A stretch of DNA of 40,291 bases, taken from assembly GCA_001824635.1 (NCBI GenBank), contig MHYB01000014.1, forward strand, positions 1-40,291, written 5' to 3'. This DNA comes from Planctomycetes bacterium GWF2_50_10 (GTDB lineage: Bacteria; Planctomycetota; Phycisphaerae; Sedimentisphaerales; GWF2-50-10). A program made the translations under genes and the position numbers. The notes beneath the pieces were generated by a model, which did not search any database, had not been told where the DNA came from, and saw nothing but the letters and a program-made list of their open reading frames with translations. Shown piece by piece: positions 18,371 through 26,267 of this stretch; the stretch's first letter is position 1; each line of letters starts with the position of its first letter.

Positions 18371-21300
18371 ATGATACACAAAATAATAGAGTGGTGTGCC
18401 CGAAACAGGTTTGTCGTTATTTTCCTTACTCTGGCCGCGATTGCCGGGGCCGTGTATTGCATCAGGAACATGCCCCTTGATGCAATACCCGATCTTTCCG
18501 ACACACAGGTAATAATATATTCCACCTGGGACCGCAGTCCCGATATTATTGAAGATCAGGTCACCTATCCAATTGTCACCGCCATGCTGGGCGCACCTGG
18601 CGTAAAAGCCATAAGAGGCTTTTCCGATTTCGGCTATTCTTATGTTTACATCATCTTTAAGGATGGCACAGATATTTACTGGGCCCGCAGCAGAACGCTT
18701 GAATATTTGAGCAAAATACAGGCTCGTCTTCCCGCCGGGGTGAAAACGGAGATCGGCCCAGATGCCACCGGCGTCGGCTGGGTCTACCAATACGCCCTCG
18801 TCGACAAGACCGGCCAAAACGATCTCTCAGACATCCGCAAATTCCAGGACTGGTACCTGCGCTACTGGCTCCAGTCCGTCCCCGGCGTCGCCGAAGTCGC
18901 TACAGTCGGCGGCTTTGAAAAACAGTACCAGGTGAATGTCAACCCAAACGCGCTTCTCGCGTATAACATCCCGATAAACACGGTTGTCGCCGCTATCCGA
19001 AATTCCAACAATGATGTCGGTGCAAGACTTCTCGAAATATCCGGCACCGAATACATGATCCGCGCCAAGGGATATGTAAAAAGCGTCGACGACCTTGAAA
19101 ATACCGTCATTGGTACAAATGAATCCGGTACCCCCATCCTGGTTAAGAACGTCGCAAATGTGGTCATCGGCCCGGATATAAGAAGGGGAGTCGCCGATCT
19201 TGACGGCCAGGGCGATGCCGTCGGCGGCATCGTTGTCATGCGCCAGGGCGAAAACGCCCTAAATGTGATCAATGCCGTAAAAGCAAGGCTAAGCGAACTC
19301 CAGCCCTCGTTCCCCAAAGGCGTAGAGTTGCTCACTACTTACGACCGTTCTGATCTCATCAACCGTGCCATCGACACGCTTAAACACCAGCTTGTCGAGG
19401 AAATGATCATTGTAAGCATAGTCATACTTATCTTTCTCTGGCATTTTCCTTCCGCGATCATACCCATCGTAACGATCCCTATTGCCGTGCTTCTTTCATT
19501 TATACCTATGTACGGTATGAAACTCACAAGTAATATTATGTCCCTTGCTGGCATCGCGATCTCTATCGGAGTACTCGTCGATGGCGCGATAGTCGAAGTT
19601 GAAAACGCATACAAAAAACTCCAGCTCTGGGATGCAGGGGGACGCAAAGGTGATTTTCACCTCATCAGGCTCGAAGCTTTAAAAGAAGTTGGCCCATCCG
19701 TATTTTTCTCGCTGCTGGTAATAGCTGTGGCATTTCTGCCTGTTTTCACTCTCGTGGATCAGGAAGGCCGGCTCTTCAAGCCACTCGCTTACAGCAAAAA
19801 TCTCGCCATGGCAATCGCCGCCTTGCTCGCGATAACACTTGACCCAGCCGTGCGAATGCTTTTCACCCGCATGGACCCGGTAAAATTCAGACCCAGATTT
19901 CTCGCCTGGATTTTCAACGCCCTCACAGTCGGAAAATACCGCCCGGAAGAAAAGCACCCTGTAAGCAGATTCTTGTTTGCGATATACGAACCCGCCTGCA
20001 ACTTCGTCCTGGAATATCGCAAAACCACCATTGCTCTTGCTATCCTGCTCATGGCTATAACCGTGCCGATCTATTTCGAGCTAGGCTCCGAATTCATGCC
20101 GCCGCTTAACGAAGGCACGATACTCTACATGCCCACAACCCTCCCCGGCATTTCCGTAACCGAAGCCGCAAACCTCCTCCAGATACAGGATAAGATTTTA
20201 AAAAGCGTGCCCGAAGTCCAGCGAGTCTTCGGCAAAGCCGGCAGGGCAACTACATCCACCGATCCCGCCCCGTTCTCAATGATGGAAACCGTCGTCGTTC
20301 TCGCTCCTAAAGAAGACTGGCGACCCGGCCTCAATTGGGATGGCCTCATAAACGAACTCGATGAAAAAATGCGCATCCCCGGCGTAACAAACGCCTGGAC
20401 CATGCCCATCAAGGCCCGCATCGACATGCTATCAACCGGCGTTCGTACCCCCATAGGCATCAAAGTCTACGGCCCAGATTTGGCCCAGATCGAAAAAGCC
20501 GGCATCGAAATTGAGAACGTCATCAAAACCATCCCCGGCACACGCAGCGTCTACGCCGAGCGTGTAAGCGGTGGCTACTATGTCGATTTTGAACTCAAAC
20601 GCGACCAGCTCGCACGCTACGGTATCAGCATCGCCGATGCCGAAGAAGCCATCGTCGCAGCCGTCGGCGGTGAAAACATCACCACTGCCATTAATGGCCC
20701 CGAACGCTATGGGATAAGTGTTCGATATGCAAGGGACTACCGCGATGACCTCGAAAAATTAAAACGCGTCCTCGTCCCCGTTGCCTCCGGCGCACAGATA
20801 CCAGTCGGTGCTCTTGCCGAAATAAAAATAACCCTCGGCCCCAGCATGATCCGCGATGAAAATGGAATGAAGGCCGGCTACGTTTATGTCGATCTCGACA
20901 CCAGTGATGTCGGCGGCTACGTCGCCCGCGCAAAGCAGGCTGTGAGTGAATCTGTAATGCTACCCCCTGGTGTCGCCCTCCAGTGGAGTGGCCAATTCGA
21001 AAACATGCTCCGCGTCCGCGAGCGTCTAAAGATCGTCATACCCCTTACGATCATGATCATTTTCATCCTGCTCTATATGAACACAAAGAGCGTTGTCAAA
21101 ACCTTGATTGTCCTCCTCGCTGTGCCGTTCTCTCTAGTCGGCGCGATATGGCTCCTTTACATACTCGACTACAATGTTTCAATAGCGGTGTGGGTTGGAA
21201 TGATTGCCCTTATGGGCCTTGATGCCGAAACTGGCGTCTTCATGCTTCTCTTCCTTGACCTTGCCTATGATGAACGCGTTCGCCAGAATAAAATGAACAC

Positions 21301-21577
21301 CTGGCCCGACCTCAAGGATGCGATAATCCATGGTGCCGTAAGACGCATCAGGCCAAAGATGATGACCGTGATGGCAATGTTCATGGGCCTTATCCCGATC
21401 ATGTGGTCAATGGGTACCGGTGCCGACATGATGAAACGAATCGCCGCCCCCATGATCGGCGGAATTATCACCAGCTTCATCCTCGAACTCCTCGTCTACC
21501 CGCCCCTCTATGCGATATGGAAAAGAAAAGAACTGAAAATCCACGCCGATTTTGAACCCGCAACTCGCAACCCGTAA
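18371..21577 (+). CDS. cusA: CusA/CzcA-family heavy-metal RND efflux pump
   Basis: 1068-aa ORF with 12-TM RND architecture. The HME-type TM4 region is SLAGIAISIGVLVDGAIVEVENAYK. Confidence 0.9.
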   Translation: MIHKIIEWCARNRFVVIFLTLAAIAGAVYCIRNMPLDAIPDLSDTQVIIYSTWDRSPDIIEDQVTYPIVTAMLGAPGVKAIRGFSDFGYSYVYIIFKDGTDIYWARSRTLEYLSKIQARLPAGVKTEIGPDATGVGWVYQYALVDKTGQNDLSDIRKFQDWYLRYWLQSVPGVAEVATVGGFEKQYQVNVNPNALLAYNIPINTVVAAIRNSNNDVGARLLEISGTEYMIRAKGYVKSVDDLENTVIGTNESGTPILVKNVANVVIGPDIRRGVADLDGQGDAVGGIVVMRQGENALNVINAVKARLSELQPSFPKGVELLTTYDRSDLINRAIDTLKHQLVEEMIIVSIVILIFLWHFPSAIIPIVTIPIAVLLSFIPMYGMKLTSNIMSLAGIAISIGVLVDGAIVEVENAYKKLQLWDAGGRKGDFHLIRLEALKEVGPSVFFSLLVIAVAFLPVFTLVDQEGRLFKPLAYSKNLAMAIAALLAITLDPAVRMLFTRMDPVKFRPRFLAWIFNALTVGKYRPEEKHPVSRFLFAIYEPACNFVLEYRKTTIALAILLMAITVPIYFELGSEFMPPLNEGTILYMPTTLPGISVTEAANLLQIQDKILKSVPEVQRVFGKAGRATTSTDPAPFSMMETVVVLAPKEDWRPGLNWDGLINELDEKMRIPGVTNAWTMPIKARIDMLSTGVRTPIGIKVYGPDLAQIEKAGIEIENVIKTIPGTRSVYAERVSGGYYVDFELKRDQLARYGISIADAEEAIVAAVGGENITTAINGPERYGISVRYARDYRDDLEKLKRVLVPVASGAQIPVGALAEIKITLGPSMIRDENGMKAGYVYVDLDTSDVGGYVARAKQAVSESVMLPPGVALQWSGQFENMLRVRERLKIVIPLTIMIIFILLYMNTKSVVKTLIVLLAVPFSLVGAIWLLYILDYNVSIAVWVGMIALMGLDAETGVFMLLFLDLAYDERVRQNKMNTWPDLKDAIIHGAVRRIRPKMMTVMAMFMGLIPIMWSMGTGADMMKRIAAPMIGGIITSFILELLVYPPLYAIWKRKELKIHADFEPATRNP

Positions 21578-21587
21578 CTCGTAACGC
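21554..21587 (-). repeat. tandem heptamer tract A (GnGTTnC, five copies)
   Basis: The minus strand directly after the hydC stop reads GCGTTAC GAGTTAC GGGTTGC GAGTTGC GGGTTC, with GTT at an exact 7-nt period. It overlaps the last codons and stop of cusA on the plus strand. Confidence 0.6.
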
Positions 21588-22124
21588 TTATGCCTTATCC
21601 TGACACATTTTCAAAAGCGCCGCCACATTATCCGGCGCAACCTTAGCATGTACCTCTTCATTGATCATCACCACTGGCGCCAGTCCGCATGTTCCCAGGC
21701 ACCGCGACACCTGCAATGAGAACATCCCATCCTTTGTTGTCTCGCCGGATTCGATCCCAAGTTCCTCCTTGAATTTTTCAAGCACCTGCTGCGCACCCTT
21801 AACATAACATGCCGTCCCCAGGCACACGCTTATAAGGAACTTGCCTCTCTCCTCAAGAGAGAAGAAGTGATAAAACGTCGCCACACCTGAAACCTTCGCC
21901 GCCGGCACCCCCAACAACTGCGCAACCGCGTCGATCTGTTCTTTGCCGATATACCCAACTGTTCCCTGCAACTTGTGCAGCACCGATATAAGCTGGCTCT
22001 CTGCATGCTCTTTAGCCCGGCACTGTTCGATGTATTCAACTATCGCCCGCGGCAGTGCCGCCTCACTCTTCGCCTTTATTTGAGGCCAGTTATCCGTGCA
22101 GCATGGTTGATCCGTATGACTCAT
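21588..22124 (-). CDS. hydC: [FeFe]-hydrogenase gamma subunit, NuoE/HndA-like thioredoxin-fold [2Fe-2S] protein
   Basis: 178-aa ORF with NuoE-type cluster motifs (VCLGTACYVKG ... RCLGTCGLAP). Its start overlaps the hydA stop (ATGA). Confidence 0.8.
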   Translation of the reverse strand: MSHTDQPCCTDNWPQIKAKSEAALPRAIVEYIEQCRAKEHAESQLISVLHKLQGTVGYIGKEQIDAVAQLLGVPAAKVSGVATFYHFFSLEERGKFLISVCLGTACYVKGAQQVLEKFKEELGIESGETTKDGMFSLQVSRCLGTCGLAPVVMINEEVHAKVAPDNVAALLKMCQDKA

Positions 22125-23884
22125 TTAACACCTCTTGGAAGCTGTGGTCTATATGTTGTATGCAAAAGCTCATGCGCCTTCTCCCCGCCCACTTCGCCCA
22201 AAAACGTCCTGTATAATTCCATTATCGCCGGGTTTTCGTGGGACCGCCGCAGCGACTTCGATTGATCTATCGTGTACAGCGCCTTGGCCCGCAGCTTCAG
22301 CAGATCGGGATCGAGCACATGAAAATGCCCCTTCGGATAAGGCTGTCCGCCGCCGCCTATGCATCCGCCCGGACACGCCATAACTTCAATTATGTCAAAA
22401 TGCTTTTCCTTCCGTGATACTTGGTCAAGCAGCCGCTTTGCATTTTCCAATCCGTTTGCAACCGCGACATGCAATTCCTTTTCGCCGATCTTTATCGTCG
22501 CCTCACGAAGTCCGCCAACCGCCCGAACCTCCGTAAATTCCAGTTTCTCTGTTGCTTTGCCCGTCAACTTTTCCGCCGCCGTCCGAAGCGTCGCTTCCAT
22601 CACGCCGCCCGTCGTGCCGAAAATATCTCCCGCCCCAGTTGCTATCCCAAGCGGCGCATCGAACTGCTCGTCCTCCAGCGTCGCAAAATCTATCCCGTAA
22701 TTTTTTATCATCCATATCGCCTCGCGCGTCGTCAGTACCGCGTCCGTCCACGGGATTTCCGGCGTCATGTAATGCTCGCCCCTGCGTATCTCGAACTTCT
22801 TTGCCGTGCACGGCATCACCGCCGCAACGAAAATATCCTCTGGCGCGATATTCATCTTCTCTGCGTAATATGTCTTGATCAGCACCGAAAGCATCATCAT
22901 CGGCGACCTGCAGGAAGACGCATGCGGTATAAGCTCCGGGTAAAACTTCTCAAGAAAATTCACCCACCCCGGCGAGCAGCTCGTAAACATCGGCAGCCGC
23001 TCATTCTTCTTCAGCCGTCCCAGGAATTCATTTGATTCCTCAACGATCGTCAGATCCGCCCCAAGGTCGGTATCAAACACCGCGTCAAAACCCAATTTTC
23101 GCAACGCCGTTACCATCTTGCCCGTGCAAGGCGTCCCCGGCTCGAAACCAAATCCCTCCCCGATAGCCGCCCGTATTGACGGCGCAGTCTGTACCACGAC
23201 ATGCTTCTTCGGATCCCCCAGTGCCCGCCACACTTCCTCCGTATAATTCTTTTCCAAAAACGCCGCCGTCGGGCACACGTTCACGCACTGGCCGCACTGT
23301 ATGCAAACCGAATCATCCATATTTGCCCCATGTGCCGGCGTCACTACAGTATGAAATCCTCGCCCCTGCTGGCTCAAGTTATAAACTCCCTGCACCTCCG
23401 CGCACACCCTAACACACCTGCCGCACAGCACGCATTTCTCACTGTCGCGCACCACTGACCTGCTTGAGTCTTCAATCGCAAACCGCTTTCGCTCGCCTTC
23501 AAAAAGCCTCTCACGCACCCCGTGACTGTACGCGAGATTCTGCAACTCGCATCGCCCATCCCTCTCGCACGTCTGGCAGTCCATCGGATGATTATCCAGC
23601 AGCAGTTCGATTATATCCCGCCTCGCCTGCCTTATCGCCGGCGAATTTGTCTGTACCTCCATGCCGTCCCACACCGCCGACGAGCACGATGCCATGTATT
23701 GTCCCATATCCTTTACATCCACGATGCACACCCTGCATGATCCCTGCAAACTCAGATCCGGATGATAGCACAGCCGCGGAATATGTATTCCAATCGTATG
23801 TGCCGCCGCCATTATCGTTGTCCCCGCAGGAACCGATATCTGCTGCCCATCTATCGTCAGTTTAATTTGCTTTATTTCACTCAT
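22121..23884 (-). CDS. hydA: [FeFe]-hydrogenase catalytic subunit (M3 architecture, trimeric or bifurcating type)
   Basis: 587-aa ORF. The N-terminal [2Fe-2S] motif is CYHPDLSLQGSCRVC and the His-ligated [4Fe-4S] motif is HPMDCQTCERDGRCELQ. Two CxxCxxCxxxCP motifs follow. The H-cluster motifs are L1 FTSCSPGW (a variant), L2 MPCTAKKFE and L3 EVMACPGGCIGGGGQP. Confidence 0.9.
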   Translation of the reverse strand: MSEIKQIKLTIDGQQISVPAGTTIMAAAHTIGIHIPRLCYHPDLSLQGSCRVCIVDVKDMGQYMASCSSAVWDGMEVQTNSPAIRQARRDIIELLLDNHPMDCQTCERDGRCELQNLAYSHGVRERLFEGERKRFAIEDSSRSVVRDSEKCVLCGRCVRVCAEVQGVYNLSQQGRGFHTVVTPAHGANMDDSVCIQCGQCVNVCPTAAFLEKNYTEEVWRALGDPKKHVVVQTAPSIRAAIGEGFGFEPGTPCTGKMVTALRKLGFDAVFDTDLGADLTIVEESNEFLGRLKKNERLPMFTSCSPGWVNFLEKFYPELIPHASSCRSPMMMLSVLIKTYYAEKMNIAPEDIFVAAVMPCTAKKFEIRRGEHYMTPEIPWTDAVLTTREAIWMIKNYGIDFATLEDEQFDAPLGIATGAGDIFGTTGGVMEATLRTAAEKLTGKATEKLEFTEVRAVGGLREATIKIGEKELHVAVANGLENAKRLLDQVSRKEKHFDIIEVMACPGGCIGGGGQPYPKGHFHVLDPDLLKLRAKALYTIDQSKSLRRSHENPAIMELYRTFLGEVGGEKAHELLHTTYRPQLPRGVK

Positions 23885-26076
23885 GCTTTCGCCTTACCAT
23901 TCTTAAGTACCGCGTTAAATCTGCATACCTCGAAGCATTTGCCGCACCGTATGCATCTCGTCTGGTCTATTACATGCAGATGCTTCGGCGTCCCCGATAT
24001 GCATGCAACCGGGCAGTGCCTCGCGCACGCCGTACAGCCGACGCACTTTTCCTCGCTGATCTCAAATTTCACCAGCGCCTTGCACTTGCCCGATGGACAT
24101 ACCTTGTCTATCACATGTGCATCATATTCCTTGCGGAAATATTTCATCGTGCTCAGCACCGGGTTTGGCGCCGCTCGCCCAAGCCCGCAAAGCGAACTCT
24201 TACGCAGCAAATTCGCCAGCCGCTCAAGCTTATCAAGGTCTTCCTTTTCGCCCTTGCCCGCCGTTATCCGGTCAAGTATCTCCAGCATTCGTTTTGTGCC
24301 TTCTCGGCAGGGCGTGCACTTGCCACAAGACTCATCCTGGCTGAACGTAATAAAGAACTTGGCGATATCGACCATGCAGTCGGTCTCGTCCATTACGATC
24401 ATTCCGCCCGATCCCATAATAGATCCCAGCGCAGTAAGGCTCTCATAATCCACTGCCGTATCTATCAAACTTGCTGGAATCGTCCCTCCCGCAGGCCCAC
24501 CAGTCTGTATTGCTTTTAAAGCTTTGCCCCCCGGCACGCCGCCGCCTATATCGAATACCACCTCCCTCAGCGTAGAACCCATAGGCACTTCCACCAGCCC
24601 CGTATGATGAACTTTGCCCGTAAGCGAGAAAACCTTCGTGCCGCCCGCCCGCGCCGAACCAATCTGCTTGAACCATTGTGCACCATAAAGCAATATCAGT
24701 GGCACATTCGCGAATGTCTCAACATTATTAATAACTGTCGGCTTGCCCCATAGCCCGCTTGTCGTCGGGTAGGGGGGGCGCACCCTCGGCTGCCCCCGTT
24801 CCCCTTCTATTGAATGTATCAGCGCCGTCTCTTCCCCGCACACAAACGCCCCCGCGCCAAGCCGAACCTCGATTTCAAAATCCCACCCGCTCCCAAGTAT
24901 ATTCTTTCCCAGCAGCCCGTGCTCCCTGCATAGCTTCAGTGCCGTCTCGATTCTCTTAATCGCCAGCGGATATTCCGCCCTCACATAAAAGAACCCGTTC
25001 GATGCTCCCATTGCGTATGCCCCGATCATCATACCTTCTATAATCGAAAGCGGATCGCCTTCCAGCATCGAACGATCCATGAACGCCCCCGGGTCTCCCT
25101 CGTCGGCGTTGCAGATGATGTACTTGGTTTCATTGTTTTCTTTGGCCGCCATGGACCACTTGGTCCCGGTCGGATATCCTCCTCCCCCTCTCCCCCGCAG
25201 CGTCGATTTCGTCACCTCGTCGATCACCCATCCCCGGTCAGATTTGGCAAGTACCTTTGCCAGTGCCTCAAACCCGTCCACCATCACATATTCGTAAATG
25301 TTCTCCGGGTCGATAAGCCCGCTGTTTCGAAGTGCCAGTCTGCTTTGACGATTGAAGAACGCGCTGTCGCCATAAAGCTCAAAGAACCTCGCGCCCAGCG
25401 GATTGCCGCCCACGATCAGCCGCTCAACCGTCTTGCCCCCGATTATATGCGCGGCGATTATCTCATCTATATCCGTAGCCTTTTTAACATTGTAGATCAC
25501 CTTGCCCGGCCGGATAAGTACGTTTATTGCCTCGCCCTCTCTGCCCGCCTCGCACAAACCCATACAGCTTGTTTTAGATATCCGGGCATTTTCCGCACTG
25601 ATATTGTTCTGTTCCAGCTTGTCATAAAAAAGGCCGACCAGGTCTACCTTCGCCGGATTAATGCACCTCGCCGAATTGCAGAAGAACAACTCATACTGCG
25701 CCGGCTGTTCAGTGGAATCGAGCATCAACTCCGCTTTAGCCTTGCCGCCCATTATGTGCGATGTGAATATCTCATGCACCCGCCCGCTGTCGACGCGCTC
25801 GTATTTTACTGGTATCTTACCCGGCGCGATAACTGTAACTATCGGCTCCCGGCTGCACCTTCCTGTGCATCCCGTCCTGTGAAGAACAACATCTTCCTTT
25901 CCGCTTGCCACGATATGCTTACGGAACTCTTCCAGCACTTTCTCCGACCCCGCAGCGTTCTCGCATGTAGCAGACCCGATCTGTATCCGTGTTTTCGTCG
26001 CTTCGTGTCGTAAATTATATTGCTGTCGCGCCTTCTCTTTCAAAGCCGCGTAGGTATTCTCAACTGTTCCAGTCAT
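23881..26076 (-). CDS. hydB: [FeFe]-hydrogenase beta subunit, NuoF-like flavoprotein with extra Fe-S domains
   Basis: I set the start at ATG 26076 (GGAG upstream). Two N-terminal thioredoxin-like [2Fe-2S] modules are present. The NuoF core shows GRGGGGYPTGTKW, ICNADEGDPGAFMDR and ESCGKCTPCREG. A C-terminal 2x[4Fe-4S] ferredoxin domain follows (CVGCTACARHCP, CIRCGKCFEVC). The stop overlaps the hydA start. Confidence 0.88.
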   Translation of the reverse strand: MTGTVENTYAALKEKARQQYNLRHEATKTRIQIGSATCENAAGSEKVLEEFRKHIVASGKEDVVLHRTGCTGRCSREPIVTVIAPGKIPVKYERVDSGRVHEIFTSHIMGGKAKAELMLDSTEQPAQYELFFCNSARCINPAKVDLVGLFYDKLEQNNISAENARISKTSCMGLCEAGREGEAINVLIRPGKVIYNVKKATDIDEIIAAHIIGGKTVERLIVGGNPLGARFFELYGDSAFFNRQSRLALRNSGLIDPENIYEYVMVDGFEALAKVLAKSDRGWVIDEVTKSTLRGRGGGGYPTGTKWSMAAKENNETKYIICNADEGDPGAFMDRSMLEGDPLSIIEGMMIGAYAMGASNGFFYVRAEYPLAIKRIETALKLCREHGLLGKNILGSGWDFEIEVRLGAGAFVCGEETALIHSIEGERGQPRVRPPYPTTSGLWGKPTVINNVETFANVPLILLYGAQWFKQIGSARAGGTKVFSLTGKVHHTGLVEVPMGSTLREVVFDIGGGVPGGKALKAIQTGGPAGGTIPASLIDTAVDYESLTALGSIMGSGGMIVMDETDCMVDIAKFFITFSQDESCGKCTPCREGTKRMLEILDRITAGKGEKEDLDKLERLANLLRKSSLCGLGRAAPNPVLSTMKYFRKEYDAHVIDKVCPSGKCKALVKFEISEEKCVGCTACARHCPVACISGTPKHLHVIDQTRCIRCGKCFEVCRFNAVLKNGKAKA

Positions 26077-26135
26077 AACATCTCCAGCTTTATTTAAAGC
26101 GGGTATCACAAACACCCCAATTGTAAAGTACGCAT

Positions 26136-26164
26136 ATTTTGGCCCATAAGCCTGAAATAGTCAA
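26136..26164 (-). promoter_or_regulatory. candidate promoter of the hydBAC operon
   Basis: On the minus strand, -35 TTGACT (26164-26159) is followed by a 17-nt spacer and -10 CAAAAT (26141-26136), about 60 nt upstream of the hydB ATG. Confidence 0.3.
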
Positions 26165-26175
26165 TCGTAATGCGC

Positions 26176-26208
26176 ATAAAAAAGGCACAGCCCTAAAGCC
26201 GTGCCTTT
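26176..26208 (-). terminator. rho-independent terminator after the porin gene
   Basis: The minus strand reads AAAGGCAC-ggctttagggct-GTGCCTTT followed by TTTATG, an 8-bp stem running into a U-tract. A second hairpin at 26234-26258 (11 positions, one mismatch on the minus strand) precedes it. Confidence 0.65.
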
Positions 26209-26267
26209 GATCCACACACTCCAAGCTTTGTGGCACGGTCTAGCGCAGCTAGGCCGTGTTCATCCGC

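Noticed and set aside
22421-26013. Long plus-strand ORFs of 200-230 aa (22421-23035, 23762-24448, 25345-26013) and many shorter ones, all antisense to hydA and hydB.
   Set aside because: They lie entirely inside well-supported minus-strand genes with clear Fe-S and flavin motifs. Their translations are low-complexity (rich in R, P, S and A), as expected for antisense frames of GC-rich coding sequence.
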